Both the position numbers and the translations under genes were made by a program. This document shows positions 20,559-33,260 of a stretch of 64,000 nt of DNA, in pieces. The stretch covers positions 1 to 64,000 of the forward strand of contig JAADVB010000008.1 of the NCBI GenBank assembly GCA_023334545.1, in the 5' to 3' direction. This DNA is from Salisapilia sapeloensis CBS 127946. Its lineage: Eukaryota > Protista > Oomycota. Below the pieces are notes generated by a model. It searched no databases. It had not been told where the DNA came from and was given only the letters and a program-made list of their open reading frames with translations. The stretch's first letter is position 1; every line of letters starts with the position of its first letter.

Positions 20559-23500
20559 ATGAGTCTACGCGGGATATGGGAGGAGTACCAGGCAGACGGC
20601 AACGAATATGTGATGCATTCGTCTGTCCAGAAGATGGTGGATACGCATGGTGAATCGATGGTAGCGACGGAGTTTGCACAGGCAGCAGAGTCACTCATGT
20701 CAGAAGAGGAACTGATCAAGATGCTCAGTGTCGGACCAAACGGTCAGTTTGAGACAGCGTATAGTTTTGTTGGCTTGCTTTTAAAAGAAGAGGCGTTGCA
20801 ACCTAGCGTTATCGATATGCTGCTTGAAAAGGTATGTTTATTGGTTTATGATATCGTCAAGAAGGACTTTCATGTATGTTATAATCTAGTTATCAGAGTA
20901 TTCGGCTATGATGGAGGTTGAATCGATGGAAAAAAACGTACCGAAGCTCATATTGCGAGAATTGAGATGGATGGACATTGTTGTTGAGCCTCGAAAGCTC
21001 GTTGAAAAGTTGTTGGAAGCACTCCCAGTTTTTGCACCAGCTCTGCAAAAGGAAATTATCTACATTTTACCTGAAATTGCAAGTGACGAGAGTTCGGAAT
21101 TGGTGATTGAGTCTCTATTGGAGCTTATTCGAGCTGAAGAATCTCTTGTCGTAAGCTGCATTGAAGCGCTGAGTAATTTTAACGAAGGCAATGAGCAAAC
21201 CGAGCGTGTCTTGGTATGCGTGCTTGAACGACTGGATTCATCTCCTTTAACAGACCTCCCAGCCGTTGTCAAGTATCTCGTCCAAGAGACACCGGTTGGA
21301 CATCTCGAAAACGTCGTTGATGACCTTTGTGATAAAGTCAGTAAAGCAGTTTCCTTTGGTGGGAAGGACATGGAAAATAATGCAATGAGTGAATCTACCA
21401 ACGCAAGCTCCGAGAGTGAAGAATCTCTTATTGTCGCGAGTATATCCCAAGCCTTTCGCATTCGTAGTGAATTGCTCCAGGTTTTTTTCGCACGATTAGA
21501 GGCAGAGAAGACAGTGTTAACGATACTAGACGTTTGGCTCATAGCGGCTATCCACTCCATTCCTCACTATCAGCAAAAGGTCGAGAAAATGATCAAGAAG
21601 AAGATACAGTCATCTCAGCTCACATCGACACTATTGATCGAGAGCATCGTGGCTCATGCAAGTGCCTTTGAACCGCACTTTTCATCCATGCTACGCCTTG
21701 CATCCACATTGCTGTCTACAACTTCTGGTACGAAGTCGTCCGAAATGGGAAAGCTATTATTTGAACTCTTGTTTGAGGAACTAGCCTCTCGCAGACATGA
21801 TGGCAGCAAAGTTGGGTACCATCAAGACCAAGTCGTGATGACTTTACTTGGCCATGCTTTGGCACATACCACCGCAGCCTCTGCTTCTGCGATCGACACC
21901 CTGTCTCTGCTTGTAGCAGTCGAACCGTCCTATGCATCATCCTCCCCGTTCCCACTTCCGTACAGCCAGACACCAGCTCGTCGACGATCGCGGTTGAAAC
22001 TGTTTCTACCGTCGTTGAAGCAGTTGCTAGACATCCTTGAAGTGTGTGGTCAAAAGCAAGCACGACAGATCTATGAGCTTTTATTTGCCATCGGTGGACA
22101 GGATGAAACAGAGCTATGCACATTGATGCGCAAACAGTGTTTCCATCAAGATCTCCGATATCGGTACATGGGTATTTTAGCTGCGATCGCTCGACTTGAA
22201 AGCATGCTCGTGTTCTTTCGAGAGCGTGCGAAGAACAACAGTGAGGAAGAGAGAGTCTCATTTGAAGAGCAATCTGGAAAAGCGTTTTCAAATTGTTTAA
22301 CTGAGCTTCATGAAAGCTGTTTGCAGAGTGCAGAGTGCATGCGTTTCATGCTAGATGAACTAGCGAGACTCGTGCGGTCTGTCAAGATGGATCGATTAGC
22401 ACAAATGCTCATTTATCAAGTGTTTGAACAGTACATGGAAATGCTGGAAGCTCGTTTTATGCTGGACTTTGACTTTAAAGAGAAGGAGAAGGGGAAATAC
22501 CAGAAGATGGTGCTGGATGGATCGATGAAAAGCGAACTCTGGTTTGGTCTAGATGATAAGGTATTTTTCTCTTTCGATTGTCTCTATTAAAAGTGTGCTA
22601 ACTATAGTTGATGGTAGAAATGTCCGGTGTACTTGCGGATTCTAGACCTCGTGCTATCCCCGAACGTATCTGATCAAGATTCGCTCTTGTACTTGAACTC
22701 GTTACTCTTAGCTGTCCTCACTTCTGCCCAGCGGCTGGATCAATTAAGTGAAATCGAGTGCGTACTCATTTGTCCGCTACAAATGGTCGAGTATGTCTTG
22801 TATATTATTTTGTTATTGCTTATGTACTTATCTTGTGAGTTAGACCTTCGATCTTGGATGAAGTGGGTGAGATGGAGACAGAGGTACAAGATGTCGTATG
22901 TCTTACGTTCTGGCATGCCATCCAGTGGATGCGATCAGTGCTTAACTTCTTTACACGTGATGAAACACCTTCAAGCGAGTACTACAAAAATAAGATTCCA
23001 GAGCGTCTAGAGAACCTAGTGCAGTTAGAAACAAGTATGCTGGAGAAGCTCCTGCCTCGGTGTAGTACCTTTATCCCACCGCGTATCCAAACATCTCTCC
23101 AGTCTACAACAACCACACAGTTTAGTAAAACTGCGGATGGCAAAGGAAAAGGTAAGAAGGCATTGAGTGGCTTCGAAGATCGTGTCGAGTTTGTCAGATC
23201 AAGTTTCACGCCACTACGAGTCGATGTCGTGAATATCCTGACGTATCCTCGTTTCTACGGAGCTCTAGCAGTACTTCCATCCAGCGGCATGACGTCGAGT
23301 TTACTAGATGATTTACCTTTGATCCATATACTCGTGCGTTTACTCGTGGAGTACGCTTCTGGGTGTTTAGACCGCGAGAAGAAGAAAAAGTCCATGCCAT
23401 TCTTACGCCATGCAGCTACCGATGCATTACGTGGGACTGGCGTAGAAGACATGACGACAAGAGAATTGCTTCAGAAGATGTATTCATCTCGTGTCTTATT

Positions 23501-24803
23501 AGCGACAGGAGCCTACGCTCGTCATGTCTTAGCTTTCTTTGTCCAGGCAGAAGAAGAGGAAATAGACTACAGCTTGGATCCGTGTGCTAAGCTGTTGCAA
23601 GAGTACCTCTCTCTCGTCCTGATCTTTTCCCAGACGCAAGTTCAAGACACGATGAATAGTCATAAGCCTTTAGAAAAGATCGTAAGCATCCAACAACTTC
23701 AAGTGCTCTTGCTCCCAGAGAAAGATCGACTAGAGTACGCGACACCTGACGTCGATTTATTCAAACGCATCGTCCAGCGGTGCTTCGATACTGTCTTAGG
23801 CTACAAGTGTACCGTTCGTAGTGAGTTATCCAGTGCAGCGGTGTTACTCAAGAGTCTACGCTCTCTCCTCGGACTCTTATATGGATACGATGCATCTCTC
23901 GTGCTTTCGTACTGTAAGAAGCTTCGACTGAGTGATCAAGGCGCCGCAGCACGTGTGACTGGATTCGACATGTCAAAGAATATTAGTGAACTAGCGTATT
24001 CGTATTTAGAGAAAAACTGGGCGGCAGAGCATCGTAAAAGCAGCAAGTTTTCGTATAAATCAGCTGATCTAGACCTCGTCCTGCGCTGTTATATCGAACA
24101 GTCTCCTGTGGCGTTAGATGCCGTTGAAACGCTGGCGGTGGAAGGGTTCATGGACATGATTGAACGCGGATCGGACCAATCGATAACGTTCTCGACGCTC
24201 ACGGGGAAGACGATAATCGTGTACCATCGCGTCATGCTCGATACGCTCGTCGCAGCTACAGTACGTCTAGATATGGATGCTGTAGTAGGGGAGAAAGTTG
24301 GCGTGGCACTCAACTACTTGCTCCAAGCAGCGTTGCTCTTTCAGCTCCTCGTCGCTGTAACGAAAAGCTACCAGAAACCAGCACTCTTTTCATCTGTCCT
24401 CAAGCACGGTCGTCGATTCATCGAGATGGTGTTGTCCGTCATGCCGTTCCTCGAAGATCACTTTCGAGATGAGAATGAACGTGTGATTAAAGTCATCGCG
24501 ACGGTCCAAATGGCTACTAGACGTATGCAAGTGTTATGTGCACATGGCAAGTTGGTAAAAGACAAAGCTGCATCGGCGCAAGTACCGATGGTAAAGAAGT
24601 TACTGGAAAAGTTGATTTATCGGAGTGAACAACTAGCGACGGCAAATGGTGTCTTGGATGCGTATACGATGGGTGTCTTGAAGAATCGTCGATTGGATGG
24701 CACAACGATATCGAAAGATGAGTTGGAAAAGACACAGGAGAGTGAAGAGAGTGAGAGTGAAGAGGAAGAGGATGATGGAGAATCGACTGGAGAAGAAGAG
24801 TAA
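20559..24803 (+). CDS. FANCD2: Fanconi anemia group D2 protein; 4 exons
   Basis: LILRELRWMD...LQKEIIYILPEI, LPAVVKYL, the monoubiquitination-site context LMRKQCFHQDLRYRYMGILAAI, and C-terminal VQMATRRMQVLCAHGK...VPMVKKLLEKLIYR...MGVLKNRRLDG. The three introns splice in phase. Confidence 0.9.
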
Positions 24804-24914
24804 TCGGACGTTGGAATCAGATTTATTTTTACCAGAGTACAAGTGAAACGGACCGGTCGTTATACTCCAAAAGTGTTCTTGAAAGATGACTGTTGGATAG
24901 ATGAAGCTTATCGG

Positions 24915-27900
24915 ATGGCGTCACCTACGAAGAGTAAAAAGACACACAAAACACTTCAGCAGAGAAGGTTTGTATTATAGATTAAGAGAGAGAGAGATTG
25001 GTATTGAAGATAAGTGTGGGAATAGAGTACAAAGCGAGTCGGAGGTGGTGTCATTGCCGAGTCTACCGAAGCCAAAGCATGGAGCTGAACGCACGCAGAG
25101 ACAACGACCGAACAAGTCAAAGGTATACATCTACATGCCACATGATACACATTTCGTATAGAGTGTTATATCAAGTGGATTATATACATGTAGGCGCTGC
25201 AACTTCCAGGCGTAAGGTCTTTCAAGACAAATGGGGCGGTCGACGCTAGTGGCGAGGTGCGTTGTTTCTCCTCTTTTATCTCTTAATCGATAGACATGAC
25301 TCTATGTATCCACAGGAGTTGGAAGTATTGAAGAGTATACTAGTTCGAGAAGGATACTTGGAACGCCTATCTCAGCTATGTCGTTCTCGAACGGTCACAG
25401 GCGTGTATTTAAGTGAAACCATTCATGTGCTAGACCTCGTTCGATCTTCGACAGTCGACGTTGTGGAATCTATCTGTTCTTGGCGACGAAAAGCGAAGAT
25501 GTCGGATCCATTTCCTTGGAACGGGCACAACTACTTATTAAAGATCCCTTCTGACCTAGATTTTTTAGATGAGGAAGAGCTGCTAGTCCAATGGCTTGGC
25601 TTTAGTCTTATTAGAAACCCTTTTATCCTCCCTCTACATCTCGATGCACCATCTACAGTCTCTAACATCCAAGAGCTATCGGATACGAATTATACATCTG
25701 TAGGAGGACAGAACTTTGTGCGTGTCATTGAAGAACGTGTGAAGACAGCAGAAGCTGTACGATCAGCTTCACGTGAAGCTCTTCTTCGAGCAGAACGTAG
25801 GAGACCAAAGCATGCTTATGAGACACCAGTGATAAACGACCAGGCGTGCATGACAAAGCAAAAGGAAGCATTGCTACCGGTACATCTGCAACTCTTAACG
25901 CAGAAGAGGAGACCAAATGCTCGATTTATAGCAGCTCTTGCGTCTCAGATTGGTGAAGATGATTTGAAGCGTATGGAGGGTGCCAAGCAGGTGCTATTGA
26001 AGGAAGAAGAGCAGTATGGTCGACTTACGAGGAACTTGAACGGTCGGATTGTACCAGAGGAAGAAGCAGTGAAAGAGAGAAAGATGATTGACATGTCTGG
26101 TGATGTCTATGCTGCGAAAGGATTGGAAGGTGAGAAGGCAGAGGAAGAGCGAGTGCTGGAAGGCAATGTGCATGTGCAGAAGAAGGCCAGTCTACTTGGA
26201 CCAGTGACCAAGACACGTATGTATGCTGTATGACGATATACAACATAAATGTAGATGACAAATGGACGTGGATGTTGTAGGTGTTAAACCTGTCCTTCGA
26301 TCGGTCGCAAAGCGATCGCGTGGAGCTCAGTACAAGATGGGATTAGAATGTGATCGACAGATGAATGCAGATCTTTTGCTTCGTATTAACAGACTACGAG
26401 AAGAGATTGAACGCAAGGAGATGGACATTGCAGATTTTGAAAGTGTTCCTGGTATTGAGCTCTATACGTCCGACTTCAAAACGTATGTGTCGGATGCTCG
26501 AGCACTTGTACTCCGATGTCGACGTGAATTGGAAGAAAAGATATATATTTACAATCGAAAAGAAGAGAATATCGATCGGAAGCAAGAGATTCTGTCTGCT
26601 TTCCAAGAAACTTGCAAAGAGACGATACAAGAGCAACGTAGTGCCCGTATTAATGAGTTTAGAGATAATTATACTGTAGAGAATAATAGCAAGGAAGAAT
26701 TGACGCGTTTTGCACCATCGACAGAGAAGAAGTTGGCAATAAAGCAGTTAGAAAAGGAAGCTGAAGTCGATGAACATGCGCAGTTGACGCCAGTTGTACA
26801 TCACATGTGTGCTCAGGTGATTCAGAAGATGGCGAGAGGTATGATTACACGTGCCGCCGTCTCGAAACTACGTGTAGAAGTGTTTGTTTCCAGTAAATAC
26901 ATCCAAGCAGTCGTGAGAGGCTTCCTCGTCAGGAGGAAAGTATCGAAGGCGTATGCTCAGAACAAGGCGGTGCTGATTATCCAGCGATATGCTCGAGGTA
27001 TGATTGCTCGAGTGAGCATAAAGGAACGTAGGAGACAATTTTATATCCTCCAAAGCGTCCGTACGATCCAACGGTTTGTACGAGGGAGACGTGGACGGAA
27101 GCGGATGGTAAAGGTGCGGGAATTAGTGACAGCGAAGAGGTCGTTGATGGACGTCTCGGAACGATTAGAAGTGAATAGTATTAAAGAACTAGCAGAGGCG
27201 TGTTGGCGTATGGTGCCTATACCGAGTCGACAGGTTGCAGAACATTTGAAACCGGAGAATCAAGTGCAGTTGCCACTTGTAATACTTGGTCTCGTGCGTA
27301 TCCTACGTCTTATGCTTGTAGATAGTGATGATCAAGTGGATGTGAGGATGATGAGATGGCGGGAGGCAGCTGCATTTCTTAAGTGTGCCGGTAGTGTGCG
27401 TCGGAGGATGGAAAAAGTAGCTGCGGCAACGTACAACAAGTATTTACGATCATCAGATCTGTTATCCAGTCTCGTAGCAGTCTACCAGTCGGACAATGAG
27501 TTTCATGTCGATACGTTTAGTCGATTGAAACGAGGTCATCTTGCAGCTACGAGTATCTATGACTTTATCGTAGCATATCATGTCGTCCAAGAGCTCCAGA
27601 CAGCTCTACCAGTAGATGAATTAGATGAAGATCCTGTCTTTCGCTTCGATACTAGTTTATCGAAACAAGAGAAACAAAAGGAAGAGATTGAACGACAAGA
27701 GAACGTCGTACAAGATGCATGTACGGAACGAAAGTTTGTCCCGATAGAGTTACTTAAAGCGCCGGGCTATCCATTGCATAGACGTCGACCTTTGCTCGTT
27801 GTCTTTGCTCATGATGTTCCACAAGTATCTGTAAAAGCATTGATCGAACAGTTAAATAAACATCTACCTGGTCTATTCGTTCATATCGATCGTGAAAAGA

Positions 27901-30900
27901 TGGAAGAGGAAAGTGAAGATGATTATGCCTATAAAGAGATCTCAAGTGCAGTAAGCATGGGCTATGCAGTCTTCATCGAACGTGACATTGGACTAGGAGA
28001 TGCAAACCAACGTCGATTTGTCGGTGCATTCTCGTCCTTGGCATCTGCAATTCATCCATCTCCATGCTGTATCCTCGTTCGAGGGAGTGAAATGAACACA
28101 TACGACACTACACCAGAACTTGATGTTTATAAACGCAAGGAAATGGTCGATGCAGAGCTCAAATGTACATTCGAAAGAGGTGCCAAGCATTTGGAAACGT
28201 TATCTCAGAGCCATTGCTTGGAGGAAATAAAGAGACTATCTACATTAGAAGAACCTTTTACAGAGATAGTTGTCGTCATGGAAGCTGTCATCATGCTACT
28301 TGCACCTGGCCAAACGTATGGTGGTCCGCTTCCTGCATCCAGAGGCATTAGCTGGCAACTCAGTCGACAATTGCTTCGTGACCCGGATAAGATTCTACAG
28401 CGTATAGCAAGCGTCCGTCCTCGTTCGATTACAATGGATAATCTATCAACGTTAGATCAGTACGTAAACGACAGGTATTGGCCTCGAATTGAAAACGTTC
28501 ATGGACTTGGTATCGCCGCTTGTGTCGTACTAGCTCTAGCCGGATGGGTTGGAGCGTTTATCACAGCAGCTCACTTGATGTGTGATCAAGGTGGTGTCTC
28601 TGAAGCTATTGGTCGCCATTCACCTGTCCCGCATCTCTTCAATCGTGTCGTCGAGTTCCAGAATAACTCTGTTGCGAGTCTTAAAGCAGGTGAAACGGAA
28701 GCACTCAAGTGTCTGTTAGATGCTGTCTTACTAGACGTACGTGTCTATCGAACTAGTACACTTGTACGTGGTCGAAGGTGTATTGTAAGTATCTTTCAAG
28801 AATGTCAAATGTACTTTTTCCATCTCTACGATCCGATCGGGAACAATGTGTGGTGGAAGGCAGTGCCTGAAAGCGACGTCGACCGATTGCTTAGTCCGAA
28901 CTCGTTTGAAAGAGCGGATAAAAAGAGACCACCAAAAGATCGAAAGGAGATGCTCAAGCGTCTTTGTAATTTGTGTCGCTTAGATCGACGAAGAGATAAA
29001 GTAGGTAGTGCTACAGATGTTGCTGGTAACTTCATATTTAATGTCCGACCGCACTACGTTCGTTTATATCAACGAACGATCAGTCTTGCTGGTCGAAAAG
29101 CGAGTATTACGATGGAAGAAGTATCTCGAGGTCGCATTCGTCTCGATGTGTTCATTCATAAAAGCTCACAGAGTCAACGTATTAAATGCGATGTGAATGT
29201 CGAGCGTATACTCGACCGCATGTCGTTTGAACGTGCGCAAAAGATGTTTATCGATCCTCTTCATGTTCCGCTTTTAATTCTCGATCGATTGCACTTGTAT
29301 CAAATTTATCAGACGAATGTCCGGAAGGCACAAAAGAGTGCCTTGGATGTGCATTTGCATGTCAATACACAGGAGAAGAGTAGAGGACGAGTGATGATGC
29401 GACAGGCCGTACGACATCGACAGCTTCAAGGTGTTTGGATCGGGACATTGTATCAAAACTACTTTGATCAATGTCTTACGTTGGAGCTATACTGTCAATC
29501 GACTAGCACTCAGTTGGAAACAAAGCTGAATATGAAAGATATTAAGACAAGTAGAGGCAAGATGCAAGGTAGGAAAAGAGAGATTGTAAACGAGATGGTG
29601 CGTACTTTGGTTTGCGTTCTTAATGAAGAAGGTGAAAGTGTAAAGGCATCCCATTGTAGAAGAACGCTGGCGAGGTTCCCATGCACACTTTTGTATACTT
29701 TTAATCCATATCAAGCCCTTCAAAAGCATCAAGCGCAAGGCATGTACGTTCAAGTGGAACGTCAAGATAAAAAGTATGATGGCAAACTCACGTCTCAACA
29801 ATCTTCCACATTTGTCTTCCGAATGTGGTTACCGGATACTTGTGAAGAGCACGAGTTGCTCTTGTTTAGTGAAGAAGCTACTACTGCATTAGGTTTAAGT
29901 AGCTCCAAGGTATCTGTAGAAGACGATATTACCATGTTAAAGAGACTTGTATCCATGTTCCAATGGGACCAAGATCGACGTCGAATCGTTGCTGCGCTAT
30001 CTACCGGTTACCACGAAGCGACATTAGTAAAGAAGAAGGAATCTGATATTGTAGAACCCTCTGCACCAGTGAAAGCAGTCAGTATGGAGGATTGGACGCA
30101 TAAACTCTCGTGTGTTCATCTCCTGGATACTTCGCTGGATGAAGATGAACCAGAATCGACCGGATGCTATGTATTGGGTAGGGAAGAGCCGTTGCATAGT
30201 GCTAGTTATCGTCTGCATGGTGACTTTATCGTCGTGAAAGCCACGATGCAGGCGCAAGTGCTCGAGAAGATCGTACCTTGCATACCTACGGATCGAGTGA
30301 AAGAAGTAGATACGTTCATACTGTCGATACATTACTACCATCCTGCATCCAGTTTAGCTTGTTCCACTGCGATTCAAGGTCGGATGGAACTCCGGCAAGT
30401 TGTCGGTCCAGACCAAGCACACCTCATCTCCTCTACATCCGTTCATCAGCTCATTCAGCATATCGTCACGACTAGAACAGAACTGTCGTATGATGAAGAT
30501 GGACAAGAGCTAAGTGCTACGTTCCTCAAGGATCATGTATATAGAAAGCAAAAGGCTACACCGATCACAGCCGTGTGGAGTAAGGACACGGCTATGAATG
30601 AGAATAAACTGATACGTCAACGAAAGGAACGTGGTGTAAAGGTTGCGTCGAAAGCAATGTCCATTCATCCACACGGTCGTGTCATCCTAACAGCTTACAA
30701 CTTACGCCAAGAAGATGATGAATTAGCTCATAAGATCCGGCTACGTATCGATGCGTACGTCTGTGAAACGTCCGCAAGACTTTCACTGCTTCTAGATGAA
30801 GCTGATCTGTTGCCGTTAGTAGCTGATGCTTATGATGACTTTTTAAACGTACGCTTTGATAGTGTAGAACAAGTAAATAGTCTCGTTCTACTCGTCTTTA

Positions 30901-31763
30901 GTCGGGTGAATATTGAATCTCGACAAGATGGAACGGTCGATCGTTTATTCATACAAGAAGATGTGCGCTCAAGTGAAGACAGCACGAATAGAACACAGAC
31001 GGAGTGTATTCCGCTGTTTAAATGTGTCCGACAGATTGGACATGTACCTGTTGTCGTCAAGATTTCTACGTGCAAGTCGATGGACTCACTCGAGATGGAC
31101 ATGTATGATCCTCAAACGAGTACAAGAGCCACATTGTCTATCTCTCTTACGACACTTCAATGGATACTTGGGCTATCGTCATTTACGATCGACATGCTCT
31201 CCTCTCCTCCTATCCCTCTACTAGCGATTATTAAGCATATTGGTGCATTCGTGAAGATACATCGATATAGAAGAGAGTATGATGGTGTCTGGACACTGGA
31301 AGCAGAGCTCTCCATGGATAGTGATAGTATGGTACGAAGTCAGGAAGCATTTGAAAGACATGAAGGTGTTCTGTTGAATGACATTAGGGAGGAAGCAAGT
31401 CTTTTATGTGCACCAGAGTGGATGCAAGCGAGAGAGACGATAGCATCTTGGCAAGGTATGAAGGTATCGGGAGCCAACGGGTATTGTGCTGTGCATTTGT
31501 CTCTGCAGCGTGAACAAAGTGATGGAGACGTGGAGAGACAGGTTTTATTATGCACGCTGCTATCTCCATCTACAAGTCATGTCCTCACAACAGCCTTCGT
31601 TGACCAAGAGTTTTGGTCGTACGTTGGAGATGGAGCATGGGAATCGAACGAGTCGATGCTAGAATACCTTGGCACGCGAGTATGCATATCTGTTGGACAG
31701 ACAGACGATGTAGATATCGACATGGCGAACGCTCAAGATCTGTGGCACATTACGCTTCAGTAG
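24915..31763 (+). CDS. Giant (~2,200 aa) uncharacterised protein with 4 IQ motifs, two dynein-stalk-like domains and C-terminal beta-rich repeats; 5 exons
   Basis: Start MASPTKSKK at 24915. Four GT-AG introns join it to ORFs 25262-26233 and 26262-31763. IQ motifs: IQKMARG, IQAVVRG, IQRYARG, IQRFVRG. Confidence 0.85.
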
Positions 31764-31903
31764 TAGCTCAAACGATAGGATGAGGAAGATAGGAAACGCA
31801 TTAAATGTTTATATCCACCTTTCGATTCATTTATAGATGTCGTTTCAATGCATTTCGTCTCGTATTTGATCCATCCCTTACTATTGGTACGTCCTTACAG
31901 TCT

Positions 31904-33012
31904 ATGATGGCGAGAGATAGTTCGACAGCAAGTGCGAGCAATGACAAAGAGGAGCTCAGCCTTTCGGTGTCGGATGCTGCTTCCCTTCGGACTGCAATTG
32001 AAAATGCCATGAAGCTTCGAGATACATATCAGAGGGAGAATGCGGCGTATGTGAGCACTTGCTAGCATTCAGATTTAAACGTGGTCTAATACTTGTTCCT
32101 CTTTGTAGACTGCAGCGAAGAGTGGCAGGTATATTTCAAAAGACACAAGAGACAAATCCTGCTGGTGGAAATGAACCAAGGAATAAAGCAAAGGAACAGA
32201 AGAATAATGCGAATGAAAATGAAAAGAGGTATCTCGAGTGTCTTCGAGGCATTCATGATGCAAAGAAACAAACAGCTGCAGCACGTGGCTCGTATGACAA
32301 ACTCGCTTTAGATCTGCAGGCCAGGCTCGACGAGAAAGAGGCCAAAGTGACGGAAATCCAGGACGCTTTCTTACAGTTCAAACGTGAAGTTGCGAAGAAT
32401 GCAGAGAATACACGTACTGGAAAGCCGATCCCAGCGAAAGTCGTGTTGCAGTTTGAAAATGCGGAAGTGAAGAAAGACCAAGATGTCGAACGCGTTCGAC
32501 TGAAAAACATTAATTTGCGTATGAATTTGAAGAAATTAGAGCAGTCATTAAAAGCAAAGGAGCAACTTGCGGAAGGACTTCACTTGATTGACTTTGAACA
32601 GCTAAAGATTGAAAATCAAACTTTAAATGAGAAGATTGAGGAGCGAAATGAAGAGCTACACAAGTTGAGAAAGAAGACGACGGGTACCGTGCAAGTCGTC
32701 ACTCATATCAAAGAGAAATTGCAATTCGTTCTTGCTGAAAATCAAACACTCAAGCGGGAGCTTGCAGCATTGGAAGAATCCTTAACAGGACATCGAGATC
32801 AACTTGCAAAATGCAAGAAGACACATGAATGTCAACGAAAAGCTTTGCATCGGTATCAGAACAAGGAAGGCTTGGCATCTTCTGATCGACTGATTGAAGA
32901 CTATGAAAAACGAGACGAAGAGTTGTTGGAAGTAGAACGTAGACTACTGGAGCTTAAACAGCTTCACGCCCATCTTACCAGAAGTCTTCGAAAGATTCCA
33001 ACAACATCATAA
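31904..33012 (+). CDS. CCDC96: CCDC96/CFAP184 (DUF4201) ciliary coiled-coil protein; 2 exons
   Basis: RLKNINLRMNLKKLEQSLKAKEQLAEGLHLIDFEQLKIENQTLNEKIEERNEELHKLRKK...VTHIKEKL. One phase-2 intron near 32048-32109. Confidence 0.88.
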
Positions 33013-33260
33013 TCTTATCTTACAAGTACATTAGCACATCTTCTAGGTCAATGTCATTAGAAAGAAGCGTCAGACCGCTGATTTTGGTCTACTAAGCCTA
33101 AATCCAATGCCATTTGTCCAAGTTTCCGTTGTACATTTCTACGAGCATGTTGGATCAAAACGGGAATAATGCGCTTTATTGATTAATCTTCCTCTTTGTC
33201 ATCTTTGTTCCTTAAATCGAAACAATATGAGCGTTGCAGACCGTTTCATTCATGTCACTC

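Noticed and set aside
24980-25000. (GA)n microsatellite
   Set aside because: It is short and lies within intron 1 of the IQ giant; unremarkable.
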